DNA from: Vicinamibacterales bacterium
GTDB lineage: Bacteria; Acidobacteriota; Vicinamibacteria; Vicinamibacterales; UBA8438
Direction: 5' to 3'
Length of the DNA: 64,000 nt
NCBI GenBank assembly: GCA_965249175.1
Contig: OZ252227.1
Location: 2,556,900 to 2,620,899 of the forward strand
A program made the translations under genes and the position numbers. The notes beneath the pieces were generated by a model, which did no database searches, was not told the DNA's origin, and worked only from the letters and a program-made list of their open reading frames with translations. Positions within the stretch are counted from its first letter, which is position 1. The number at the start of each line of letters is the position of its first letter. Shown in pieces: positions 1 to 9,389 of the stretch.

Positions 1-937
1 CACCGGTATCGGCGTTCAGCGCGAGCGTCGAATTGTGATAGAGATGCGCGAGCCCGGTGCCGCCAAGCATGAACTTCGGTGCTGGTGATGTCACCGACGT
101 GCCGATGTAGATGAGGTTCAACGCCGGATCGTAGCTCGGCGCCATCCAGGTGCCGACGTGCCGGCGCTCTTCGTCTGGCACGCCACCCCACGTCTCATCG
201 CCAAGCTCACCCGGCGCGGGGATGGTTCGGCGACGCCACAGTTCTGTCCCTGTTCGCGCGTCGTGCGCGGTGATAACGCAGGCGTCCGGTCCACCGCTGG
301 GCATACAGCTCCGGCCCGAGATTACCTTGCCATCGGCGATGATCGGTCCCGAGCTCTGGTTGGCCGGATGGACCCGGTAGTCGAGAATCTGCGTTTCCCA
401 CACCAGATCCCCAGTCGTCGCATCGAGCGCGAAGACGTAGTCGTCGACGCTGGTGTCGATGATGAGGTTGTCGTAGATGGCCAGGTTTCTGTTTGTCGTG
501 CAGACGCCAGGGATCAGGAACTCGCACACATCGTCGGGCAGCGACCGACGATATTCCCAGATGAGGTCGCCGGTCACGGCGTCGATGGCCTGGATGACGT
601 CGCTTGGATTCGGCATGTACATCACGCCGTCGTACACCAGCGGCGTGCCTTGTTGCCGGCCCGGCGTATGCAGCCCGCGTGACCAGACCAGGCGGAGGTC
701 CCCGACATTCGTCCGGTCAATCTGGTCGAGTGGGCTGTAGCCCCATCCGTCGAGCGTCCGTCGCCACATCAGCCAGTCATCGGGCGAGGGCGCCTGTAAC
801 GTCGCGTCGGTGACGGGGACGAACGTCGTTGTGGACTGCGCGTGCACGGCGGGCCGCGTGACGGCGCATGCCGCGATTACGCCGGCGACGACGGCAACAA
901 TCAGGCAGCCGCGTGCATCACTACGCTTCGTCTCCAT
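1..937 (-). CDS. PQQ-dependent dehydrogenase (quinoprotein beta-propeller), N-terminal part; the 3' end runs off the window start
   Basis: Absent from the ORF track because it is open at the edge. The reverse complement from ATG 937..935 reads METKRSDARGCLIVAVVAGVIAACAV (signal peptide). It continues DWLMWRRTLDGWGYSPLDQIDRTNVGDLRLVWS...GTPLVYDGVMYMPNPSDVIQAIDAVTGDLIWEY...VFALDATTGDLVWETQI, which is typical of the PQQ quinoprotein N-terminus. The frame stays open to nt 1. Confidence 0.75.
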   Translation of the reverse strand, partial: METKRSDARGCLIVAVVAGVIAACAVTRPAVHAQSTTTFVPVTDATLQAPSPDDWLMWRRTLDGWGYSPLDQIDRTNVGDLRLVWSRGLHTPGRQQGTPLVYDGVMYMPNPSDVIQAIDAVTGDLIWEYRRSLPDDVCEFLIPGVCTTNRNLAIYDNLIIDTSVDDYVFALDATTGDLVWETQILDYRVHPANQSSGPIIADGKVISGRSCMPSGGPDACVITAHDARTGTELWRRRTIPAPGELGDETWGGVPDEERRHVGTWMAPSYDPALNLIYIGTSVTSPAPKFMLGGTGLAHLYHNSTLALNADTG

Positions 938-1140
938 GGCGTTGCGTCCTCGGCGGCCAGCGTACCGCAGGTCGTCGGCTGGTTCAATGCGTCCGGACGC
1001 CGGTTCGCCGGGGATCGCCGAGCCGGGTGCGCCCGCGAGCGGTGCTTGTCGTGCCCGGAGTCGGTCGGCAGCGGACGCCGAGTGGCATACTCACCTAGAA
1101 TGACGGGGGCACTGGAGCCGTGTTGAGTCGAGGTGAATCG

Positions 1141-2466
1141 ATGGATCTGACGCCAACGTGGATGGCGAGCACGCGCCCGGCGGCAGTGGTGCTCGGTCTC
1201 GTCGTGATCTCGGTGGCGATCGGGGCGGGGCGTGCTCCGGCGGATCTCCCGGAGATGGAGGGCGTGCCGACCGCAGCGCCGGAGGAGGTCGGCCTGTCAT
1301 CGACGCGCCTGGAGCGGCTGGACCAGGCGATGCAGGCGTACGTGGACCGTGGCGACGTCGCGGGGGTTGTGTCGCTCGTCGCGCGTCGCGGCAAAGTCGT
1401 GCACTTTTCGGCGTTCGGCGACCGCGAGGTCGACGCGCGCGCGCAGATGACGCACGATGCGATCTTTCGCATCGCCTCGATGACGAAGCCAATCGCGTCC
1501 GTGGCGTTGATGATGCTCTACGAAGAAGGCTACTTTCAGCTCCGCGATCCGATCGCCAAGTGGCTGCCGGAGTTCGCCGAGATGGAGGTGGCGTCGCCGG
1601 CGACGTATCAGGAGCTGGGACGCGGTCGATACAAGACCGTGGCGGCGTCTGGTCCGATTACCGTGCAGCATCTGCTGACCCACACGGCCGGCCTGCCGAA
1701 TACCTACCGTGGGATCACCAAGCCCGACTTCGACGAGATCGCGTCACAGCGTGAACCGGGGGATACGATCGGCGCGTTCGCCACGCGGCTCGCGACCCTG
1801 CCGCTGAACTTTCATCCCGGCGACGCATGGGAGTATGGCCGGGCGACCGATCTGGTCGGCCGGCTGGTGGAGGTGATATCCGGCCGCCCGTTCGACCGGT
1901 TTCTCGATGAGCGGGTGTTCGGGCCGCTCGGGATGAGCGACACGCACTTCTACCTGCCCGAGGCCAAGCTGCATCGGTTTGCGGGGCTCTACCGCCCGGA
2001 TGACGCCGTGGGGCTGGTGCTGACTGAAGGACCGACCCGTGAGAGCCGGTTCGTCCGCGCGCCGCACAGCTACTTCAGCGGTGCGGGAGGGCTGGTCTCG
2101 ACGGCACGCGACTACTTCCGTTTCCACCAGATGATGCTCAACGGCGGCGAGCTCGACGGTGCGCGGATACTCGGCCGGAAGACCGTGGAGCTGATGACGA
2201 TGAACCACATCGGCGACAAGGAGGTCTGGCTGATCGGTCCCGGCTATGGATTCGGTCTGGGGTACGCGGTCGTCGACGACCCGGGTGCAGCGGCGATGCC
2301 CTATTCGGTGGGGTCCTACTTCTGGTGGGGCGCGTTCAACACGACCTTCTGGGTCGACCCCGACGAGGAGCTGATCGGTATCCTGATGACCCAGCTCCGC
2401 CCATACACCCACCTGAACATTCGTCAGGATCTTGCGACACTTGCGTATCAGGCCATTGTCGATTGA
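1141..2466 (+). CDS. Serine hydrolase, beta-lactamase (class C / PBP-like) family
   Basis: SxxK motif in FRIASMTKPIASVALMML and an N-terminal TM/signal segment. The track ORF starts at 1120; ATG 1141 is preceded by GAGGTG. Confidence 0.8.
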   Translation: MDLTPTWMASTRPAAVVLGLVVISVAIGAGRAPADLPEMEGVPTAAPEEVGLSSTRLERLDQAMQAYVDRGDVAGVVSLVARRGKVVHFSAFGDREVDARAQMTHDAIFRIASMTKPIASVALMMLYEEGYFQLRDPIAKWLPEFAEMEVASPATYQELGRGRYKTVAASGPITVQHLLTHTAGLPNTYRGITKPDFDEIASQREPGDTIGAFATRLATLPLNFHPGDAWEYGRATDLVGRLVEVISGRPFDRFLDERVFGPLGMSDTHFYLPEAKLHRFAGLYRPDDAVGLVLTEGPTRESRFVRAPHSYFSGAGGLVSTARDYFRFHQMMLNGGELDGARILGRKTVELMTMNHIGDKEVWLIGPGYGFGLGYAVVDDPGAAAMPYSVGSYFWWGAFNTTFWVDPDEELIGILMTQLRPYTHLNIRQDLATLAYQAIVD

Positions 2467-2485
2467 GTGGATCGAGGAGGACGAG

Positions 2486-3583
2486 ATGAACCAGCGATGT
2501 CAGATAGCCGCCCTCATCGCGCTGACCGCGATGCTACTGCCCGGTTCCGCCAGCGCACAGGGGGCACGATCCGTGTCTGGGGCTGATACGAGCATCGCCG
2601 GGCTGCTTCCTCCGAGCGAGGACACCGCCCTCCCGCGGACGCCGTGGGGGGATCCGGACCTGGTAGGTGTCTGGAACAACTCGACCCAGATTCCCTTCGA
2701 GCGGCTCACCGAAGAAGAGCAGGCACGCAGCAATGCGTCGCAGCAGGCAGTGCGCGAGGCGACCGGCGGCACCGGCGCCGGCTGGCTCGAGCAGGCGACC
2801 GGACGCGAGCGGCCGTCGCTCATCACCGATCCGCCCGACGGACGCATCCCACCGCTGCGGCCGGATGCGATCGCACGGCTCGTCGCTCGTGAGCACGCGC
2901 GTGCGGGTCGTGGGGAAGGTGACTCGTGGCTCGACCGCAACAGCTGGGAGCGATGCATTTCGCGGACGCTGCCCATCGCGATGATCCCGAACATCTACAA
3001 CGCCAACTACCAGATCTTCCAGACCGAGGACCATGTGGCGATCGTGATGGAGATGATCCACGAGACGCGGATCATCCCGCTGGACGGCCGCCCGCATGTC
3101 GGTGACGGCATCCGCCAGTGGCTGGGCGACAGCCGAGGCCGTTGGGAGGGGGACACCCTCGTCGTCGAAACGGCGTTGTTCCACAACCGGCTGGATGGCG
3201 GTGACTATCAGCCCTCGCACATCATCCAGACGACCCACCGCGGCCCGGGGGGCACGCTGCGCCTGGTGGAGCGGTTCCACCTCGTCGACGCGAATCGGAT
3301 CGAGTACGAGTTCACAGTCGAGGACCCGAGCACGTATACCCGGCCGTTCACCGTGTCGATTCCGATGACACGGCGCGACACGCGCGACCCACTTAACCAC
3401 CTCTTCGAGTACGCCTGCCACGAGGGGAACTACGGGATGCTCAACCTGCTCACCGGGGCGCGCGCCGACGAGGATCTGGCGCTCGAGGCCGCGGCGCGTG
3501 TATCGCAGCAGCGGATCGATGGCGGGCACCCGGGGCTTCGGGAGCCGGCCGTGCCGATCGTGGACGCCGACCCCCCGCGGTAG
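2486..3583 (+). CDS. Secreted hypothetical protein
   Basis: ATG 2486 lies 5 nt after GAGGAGG. Signal peptide MNQRCQIAALIALTAMLLPGSASAQ. Conserved-looking C-terminus EYACHEGNYGMLNLL. I did not recognise a family. Confidence 0.6.
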   Translation: MNQRCQIAALIALTAMLLPGSASAQGARSVSGADTSIAGLLPPSEDTALPRTPWGDPDLVGVWNNSTQIPFERLTEEEQARSNASQQAVREATGGTGAGWLEQATGRERPSLITDPPDGRIPPLRPDAIARLVAREHARAGRGEGDSWLDRNSWERCISRTLPIAMIPNIYNANYQIFQTEDHVAIVMEMIHETRIIPLDGRPHVGDGIRQWLGDSRGRWEGDTLVVETALFHNRLDGGDYQPSHIIQTTHRGPGGTLRLVERFHLVDANRIEYEFTVEDPSTYTRPFTVSIPMTRRDTRDPLNHLFEYACHEGNYGMLNLLTGARADEDLALEAAARVSQQRIDGGHPGLREPAVPIVDADPPR

Positions 3584-3592
3584 CAAGACCCG

Positions 3593-3622
3593 GCCACGGC
3601 GCGCTTACCGGCGCGCCGTGGC
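3593..3622 (+). terminator. GC-rich hairpin downstream of the 2486..3583 CDS
   Basis: Perfect 12-bp stem gccacggcgcgc / gcgcgccgtggc with a 6-nt loop and no U-tract. A second hairpin ccgcaca/tgtgcgg followed by ttt lies ~50 nt further on. Confidence 0.45.
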
Positions 3623-3742
3623 TCCCCCGCAGCACGACACCGACCCACCAGTGATTCGACCGCACACCGCACCCTGTGCGGTTTGGCCCAATGTTCCGTT
3701 CTATGAAGTACGGGTTCTTCGCCCAGACGTACGGTATCAGGC

Positions 3743-5171
3743 GTGGACAGGGACAAAGTGATGCGATCCATCGCCACGAACGCGAGCGTGCGCTTCGTCC
3801 GAGCGATATGGTCGCGCGCCTTCGGCGATCGGAACGGGCGCTCTGGTCCTGACGGGTCTCGGCCGCGATCCGCGGATCTCGAGTGCCTCCAGCGCGAGAA
3901 TGCCCGCCTCTCGCGTGCGGTGGATGAGCTCGTGCTACTCAACGAGCTCGCCAAGGAGATCGGCGGCACGCCCGACTCGACCCGGATCCTCAAGAAGATC
4001 ACGAGCCGGGCACGACGGTTCGCGCGCGCCGAGCAGAGTGCCATCTATCTGATTGACCCAGGGGAGGCCGGCACGAAGACCCGTGTCCGCGTCGCCTCCA
4101 ACCCCGACAACCGGCTCCGCGTGCATCTCCAGGACAGCGTGGTCGGTTGGATGGGACTCCATCGAGAGACCCTGCTCGTCGATGATTGCCGGCGCGACTC
4201 GCGATTCCGGGTCGAGGCACGGGCCTCCGATGTCCGGTCGTTGCTTGCCGCGCCGCTGCTGCTGCCGCCCGACGCATCCAGCGCCCAGCCGCGTCTGCTC
4301 GGGGTGCTGATGGCCTCGAACAAACGCGACGACCAGTGCTTCACCGCCGAGGACGCGCAAATGATTGTTCGACATCCTCGCGTCCCAGACAGCCCAGGTC
4401 ATCGAGCGCGCCCGGCTCTACGACGAGGAGCGCGAGCTCGACGCGTGGAACAAGGAACTGGTGGTGGCCGGGGAGATCCAGCAGCGGCTCGTGCCGATCG
4501 AGCCTCCGGCCGTCGACGGCTACGACGTCGCCGCCATCACCCGACCCGCGCAATCGGTCGGCGGCGACTTCTATGACTGGGTCCATCCCACTGGCGGGCC
4601 GCTCACGTGTTATCTCGGCGACGTCGCCGGAAAGGGACTGTCAGCGGCGCTGTTGATGTCGAGCGTGCTGGCGACCCTTCGAGGACAAGCCGTAGCGCGC
4701 GTGTCCCCGGGCGAGTGCTTGGAGCGCGCGAACGACCTGCTGAGGCGCAGTACCGCTCCCGAGCGCTTCGCAACGCTGTTCTATGCGTCCATCGACGTGT
4801 CGCAGCACACGGTGCGGTACGCAAACGCGGGGCACAACTACCCGTTTCTTGTCGCAGCCGACGGTCGGGTTCGACGGCTCCGGTCGACGGCGCCGCTGCT
4901 CGGCGTGCTCGAGCGGTGGACGACGCCACTACCGGAGGAGACGCTCGGCGTCGGGGACCTTGTCGTGGTCTTCTCCGACGGACTCCCTGACGCCTTGGAT
5001 GGCGGAGGGCGCGAGTACGGGGAGACGCGTCTCGAGTCCGTCATACGCGCTGACCGCGATCTTCCGCCGACCGCGCTGACGCAAAGGATCGTGGCGGACG
5101 TGTCCGCGCACTCGGCCGGCACCGATCAGACGGACGACGTGACGGTGATGGCGATCCGGCGAACGGCGTGA
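3743..5171 (+). pseudogene. GAF-domain PP2C/SpoIIE-type (RsbU-like) serine phosphatase, interrupted by a 1-nt frameshift near 4367
   Basis: Frame A (3743..) encodes a GAF domain ending ...CFTAEDAQMI. Frame B (from 4365) continues FDILASQTAQVIERARLYDEE... into the PP2C core (GGDFYDW, GDVAGKGLSAALLM, DGLPDA, DDVTVMAI). The last GAF helix is split between the two frames. After the shift, frame A reads Arg-rich nonsense. Confidence 0.7.
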
Positions 5172-8100
5172 CGTTGCCCGCCGTGGTTGCAGGTACAATC
5201 ACGCGATCGCGGTCGGGACCCCAGCACGTGGCAGAACCGGTCACCATCGGGCAGACGATCTCGCAGTACACGATCGTCGCCAAGCTCGGTGGCGGCGGCA
5301 TGGGGGTCGTGTACGAGGCGCGGGACACGCGGCTCGAGCGGCGTGTCGCGCTCAAGTTCCTTCCCCCCGAGTGGAGCCACGACGACACCGCGAAGCAGCG
5401 GTTCATCCGCGAAGCCCAGGCCGCGTCGGCCACCGACCATCGAAACGTCTGCACGATTCACAACATCGAGGAAACCGACGATGGCCAGCTCTTCATCGTC
5501 ATGGCCCGCTATGAGGGGCAGACGCTCAAGGCCCGGCTCGCAGACGGGCCGCTGCCGGTCGAGGAGGCGCTCGACATCGCGACACAGGTGGCGGAGGGAC
5601 TGGCGAAAGCACACGCCCAGGGTGTCATTCATCGAGACATCAAGCCGGGCAATCTCATCCTGACGGACGACGGCGTCAAGATTCTCGATTTCGGGCTCGC
5701 CAAGTTCAAAGACGCGCTCCGTCTGACGATGGAAGGGTCGACGCTCGGCACGGTCGCCTATATGTCCCCGGAGCAGACCAAGGGACTCGACGCCGACGCG
5801 CGGAGCGACGTCTGGTCGCTCGGGATCGTGCTTTACGAAATGCTGACCGGGCAGCCGCCGTTTCGCGGGGCGTATCCGGAAGCGACGATGTACGCCATCA
5901 AGCAGGAAACACCGCGACCCGTGCGCGAGGCGCGGCCGTCGCTGGTCGAGCAGCCGGAATTGGTGGACGGGGTCGAGGCGTTGGTGTCAGCGGCGCTCCA
6001 GAAGGACCCGGAGGCGCGTCTTGCGAGCGCGAACGCGCTCGTGCGCGAGTTGCGGCAGCTGCTGGGCCGGAGCCTCCCGCTCGAGTTTCATCCCGGCGCG
6101 ACCGGGGCGGTCGTGCCGGGGGGAGACCGCGCCAGCGCGAAACGACCCCGGTGGCGCCAGGCCGGAAGTGTGATCGCTGCCACTGTGACAGTGCTGGTGC
6201 TCGGCGGCGTGACGGCGTTCTTGTGGTTGAGCCGCCCGGTGGTGCGGATTCCGATCGTCGTGGCGACGGTATCGAACGAGACCGGAGATCCGAGCCTCGA
6301 CGACTACCGAATGGCGCTTACATACGAGTTGGTGACCCAGCTCACTGGCTCGCCCAACGTGCGAGTCGTCCAGTATCGTCGTGTGTTGGAGATGCTGCGC
6401 GGGTTCATCGACGACGGGCGGGATGTCTCGAACCCCGAGGCGATGCAGGTCCTGGCCGGAGGCGTCGGCGCCGAGTTCGTCATTGTGCCGACGATCATTG
6501 CGGACGGCGGCGGATGGCGCGCGGAGGCACAGGTCCGGGACGCCCGAACAAGTACGTCGGCAGACCTCGTCGACACGGACGCGCGGGCGTCCGCTCTCCC
6601 CAGGCCGACTGCCTACCAGCTCATCGTGGAGCTGGCGAGTAGCATTCAGGACCATTTCGAGGAGAACGGTCCGGGGCGGTCGTATGCCCCCAGGCCGGCT
6701 GGGAGTCGGCCCCGCACGCTGGAGGCAGTTCGGGCACTGGAGGCCGGCCTCAACGCGTACGACACCCTTGAGTTCGCCGCTGCCGAGCGAGCGTTCACGC
6801 GCGCCGTCGAGGAGGACCCGCAACACGCCCTTGCCCATGCATGGCTCAGTCGAGTGCAGCTTGCCCTGGAGCGTGATGGCGAGGCACACGCCTCCGCGAG
6901 GCAGGCATCCGGGTTGGTCGTGGAGGAAACACCCGTCGACGATGCGCTCTTCGTCGATGCGGTGCTGGCCGAGGGCCTGCAGGACGATGCAGCCGCAGAG
7001 GCGGCGTACGGTCGGTTGATCGCACGGTATGAGGACGAATCTAACTGGCCGATGCAGCTTGGAGCGTTTCGAGGCCGACGCAACAACAACGCGGATGCGG
7101 TCAACGCGTACCACGAAGCGCTTGTCCTCGAGGACGCCCTGGTGCGACCTCATCGGGAGCTGTGTGTGTTGTACACGAGGCTCAGCGAGTATGCGTTGGC
7201 CGAGAAGCACGGCACGCTTGCGTTGGAACGCTATCGTGCCACCGGGAACCGCGGTGGCGAAGGACAGTCCTTGCTCTGCCTCGCGGACATCGTTCGCACC
7301 CAGCGCGATCGGGAACGTTGGCCCGAGGCGCGCGCGCAGCTCGATGCGGCGAGGGAGATCTTCGAGGACCAGAACGACGCGTACAACCTGGCGAGAACCC
7401 ACCACTACCTCGGTCTGGTTGCCACGACAGACAGCATGGAAGCGGCGCTGGAGCTCTTCGAGCGCGCGTTGGTCGAGAGTCGCGACTCCGGCAACCGCGC
7501 GCTCGAGCCACTCGTCCTGATGAACCTCGGCGTCGCCCATGGCAACCTCGAGAACCGGTCCGACGCCGTCCGGTATCTCCGCGAGAGCCAGGAACTGTAT
7601 CTGAATTACGGCGATGAGCGGCGGGCGGCAGAGATTGACACCAATCTGGCCGAGGCGCTCGTCGAATACGGTCTTGATCTTGAGGATGGCCTTCGTCGCG
7701 CGACGAACGCCGCACGCGTGCACGACAGCCTTGGTGACAAGTACTTCGAGGTCATCGCGCGGCGGACCATCGGCGCATACCATCGGTACACCGGGCGACC
7801 CAGCCAGGCATTGACCGAGCTGAACCGCGCGCTGGCGATCGCGCGCGCTGCTGAGCTCCGGGATTACGTCGCGGCCCTCGAGGTCGACATCGGGCGTGCG
7901 CATCTGTTGCTGCCGGACTATGACGCAGCTCGAACGACCCTGGGAAGCGCAGTCGAGACGGCCATCGGTCCAGCGCGCGCGGCGGCGTTCATCGAGCTTG
8001 GGCGAGCTCAACTAGGGGCCGGCGACGGTGACGCCGCTCGCACGTCGCTCGACGTGGCGATGGCGGCGATCACGGAACACGAAATCCGGGCTCTGCTGCC

Positions 8101-8242
8101 GTCGCTCCACACGGCGATGGGAGCGCTGGGATACGAGGCGGGACGTCCTCCGGTAGGAACTTCAGCGCCACATCGCGCGGGAGCCGATCATCCGTGGCTT
8201 CGTAGACGATCCCCATCCCGCCGATGCCGAGCTGGCGGGTGA
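5168..8242 (+). CDS. Hanks-type Ser/Thr protein kinase with TM segment and long TPR-like C-terminal domain; the 3' end is disrupted
   Basis: Kinase motifs GGGGMGVVYEA, VALKFL, HRDIKPGNLIL, DFGLAK, APE. GTG 5168 overlaps the phosphatase stop. The last ~33 codons (8144..8242) are the antisense reading of a second kinase-gene fragment. Confidence 0.85.
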   Translation: MTLPAVVAGTITRSRSGPQHVAEPVTIGQTISQYTIVAKLGGGGMGVVYEARDTRLERRVALKFLPPEWSHDDTAKQRFIREAQAASATDHRNVCTIHNIEETDDGQLFIVMARYEGQTLKARLADGPLPVEEALDIATQVAEGLAKAHAQGVIHRDIKPGNLILTDDGVKILDFGLAKFKDALRLTMEGSTLGTVAYMSPEQTKGLDADARSDVWSLGIVLYEMLTGQPPFRGAYPEATMYAIKQETPRPVREARPSLVEQPELVDGVEALVSAALQKDPEARLASANALVRELRQLLGRSLPLEFHPGATGAVVPGGDRASAKRPRWRQAGSVIAATVTVLVLGGVTAFLWLSRPVVRIPIVVATVSNETGDPSLDDYRMALTYELVTQLTGSPNVRVVQYRRVLEMLRGFIDDGRDVSNPEAMQVLAGGVGAEFVIVPTIIADGGGWRAEAQVRDARTSTSADLVDTDARASALPRPTAYQLIVELASSIQDHFEENGPGRSYAPRPAGSRPRTLEAVRALEAGLNAYDTLEFAAAERAFTRAVEEDPQHALAHAWLSRVQLALERDGEAHASARQASGLVVEETPVDDALFVDAVLAEGLQDDAAAEAAYGRLIARYEDESNWPMQLGAFRGRRNNNADAVNAYHEALVLEDALVRPHRELCVLYTRLSEYALAEKHGTLALERYRATGNRGGEGQSLLCLADIVRTQRDRERWPEARAQLDAAREIFEDQNDAYNLARTHHYLGLVATTDSMEAALELFERALVESRDSGNRALEPLVLMNLGVAHGNLENRSDAVRYLRESQELYLNYGDERRAAEIDTNLAEALVEYGLDLEDGLRRATNAARVHDSLGDKYFEVIARRTIGAYHRYTGRPSQALTELNRALAIARAAELRDYVAALEVDIGRAHLLLPDYDAARTTLGSAVETAIGPARAAAFIELGRAQLGAGDGDAARTSLDVAMAAITEHEIRALLPSLHTAMGALGYEAGRPPVGTSAPHRAGADHPWLRRRSPSRRCRAGG

Positions 8243-8273
8243 CCCGATAGTGGGTGACGCGCTGACCGATCAC
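8142..8273 (-). pseudogene. Remnant of a second Ser/Thr kinase gene (first ~44 codons only)
   Basis: The minus strand reads VIGQRVTHYRVTRQLGIGGMGIVYEATDDRLPRDVALKFLPEDV (glycine loop plus the VALK lysine). Kinase similarity stops at ~8142, where the + strand kinase's TPR domain abuts it. Confidence 0.7.
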
Positions 8274-8486
8274 TCCATCCCACGGCCCGGCCGTCGGACC
8301 GCCTCCGCGTAGACGGTACCGCGCTGAGGCTGGCGGCGCAATCCTCCAGGTCGGGGACTCCGGCCATCCGCCGGGTCGGCTCGTGTTCGGTTCGGCGGGA
8401 CAGGTCGTTAATAGATAGCGACGACGGCATGCGGCGTGTGTACAGACGGGACGAATAGAGAGGGAGGTCCGGTGGAGCGAAGCTCG

Positions 8487-8729
8487 ATGGCGGACGTGGT
8501 GGACTTTGCTGCGTGGACGGCCCTTCGACCGGCGCGGCGGCGTGAGGATGTCGTGCCGAGTGAGCGGCGGGTCCTGCCGTATGGCGTCTTCGACTTCGAA
8601 TTGTGGGCCGCGTGGCAACGCGCGCGCTCCGGGTCGGGGGAGCGGTTAGATCTCACGTGGGAGGACAGCTATGATCACTGTGCGGATGACCGAGCCCAAG
8701 CCGCCCAGCCTGCCGGACGCCACCGCTGA
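8487..8729 (+). CDS. Small hypothetical protein upstream of the ECF sigma gene (uncertain)
   Basis: ATG 8487 lies 9 nt after GGAG, and the first ~60 codons have high GC3. The 3' end overlaps the sigma start by 59 nt. No recognisable domain. Confidence 0.25.
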   Translation: MADVVDFAAWTALRPARRREDVVPSERRVLPYGVFDFELWAAWQRARSGSGERLDLTWEDSYDHCADDRAQAAQPAGRHR

Positions 8730-9332
8730 TGCGGCGTACGCCGATGGGAGCCCTTCAATTCAGGGAGACGAGCCGACACTCGAGCTCGTCGTGCGGGGCA
8801 AGGCTGGCGACCGCGCCGCGATCGAGGCGCTGCTCGAGCGGTGTCTTCCCCGACTGACGCGGTGGGCGCACGGCCGACTGCCGTCCTATGCCCGCGGCCA
8901 TCTCGACACCGGCGACATCGTCCAGGATGCCACGCTGCAGTTCGTCAAACGACTCGATTACTTCGAACCGCAGCATGTCGGAGCCGTCCAGGGCTATCTC
9001 CGCCAATCGGTGATCAACCGCATTCGTGACGAGTGCGCCGTGTGTTATGGCAACCCACAGCGGTCGAGTTGCCGCGAGACCCGGTGGACGCGACGACCGG
9101 TCCGCTCGAGGTGGCGATCTCGCGGGAGAGCTATGCCCGATACAGCGCGGCGCTACGGCGCCTGCGACCGGACGACCGCAAATTGGTCATCAGTCGCATC
9201 GAAATGCAGTGGAGCTACGCGGAGATCGCCGCGCGTCTGAAGAAACCGACTCCGGATGCCGCCCGGATGGCGGTGCAGCGCGCACTCCAACGGCTCACCG
9301 GGCTGCTCGACGCACGGCCCTCGTCAGCGTGA
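8671..9332 (+). pseudogene. ECF-type sigma-70 family factor, interrupted by a 1-nt frameshift at ~9033
   Basis: Frame A encodes region 2 (DIVQDATLQFVKRLDYFEPQHVGAVQGYLRQSVINRIRDE). Frame B (from 9033) encodes RRVLWQPTAVELP... and the region 4 HTH (WSYAEIAARLKKPTPDAARMAVQRALQRL). Restoring one base gives the typical ...IRDE-x-RRV. A strong RBS GGGAGGA lies 5 nt before ATG 8671. Confidence 0.7.
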
Positions 9333-9389
9333 GGTGCGGCCCCCCCCCGGCACGCCGCCCCGTTCGCCTGGGCGCCGTCGCCCGCCGAC

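Noticed and set aside
150-1103. Multiple 60-174-aa ORFs in the track on both strands (e.g. 158..682+, 207..527-, 810..1103+)
   Set aside because: All overlap the edge-open minus-strand PQQ-dehydrogenase frame, which gives a coherent protein. These ORFs are Arg/Pro-rich shadow frames typical of high-GC DNA.
3649-3658. cagtgattcg, identical to the inner part of the MITE/IS630 TIR
   Set aside because: It is only a 10-mer match, with no adjacent gtcct(g/a)(t/c)aacag, no TA flank and no partner repeat. It is probably chance or an unrecognisable relic.
5987-8011. 674-aa minus-strand ORF
   Set aside because: It is antisense to the kinase/TPR gene, whose translation shows clear kinase motifs. The antisense product is Arg-rich with no motifs.
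8070-8618. 182-aa minus-strand ORF as a complete gene
   Set aside because: Only ~44 residues (8142..8273) are kinase-like. The remainder is low-complexity read-through with no start context. It is treated as a gene remnant.
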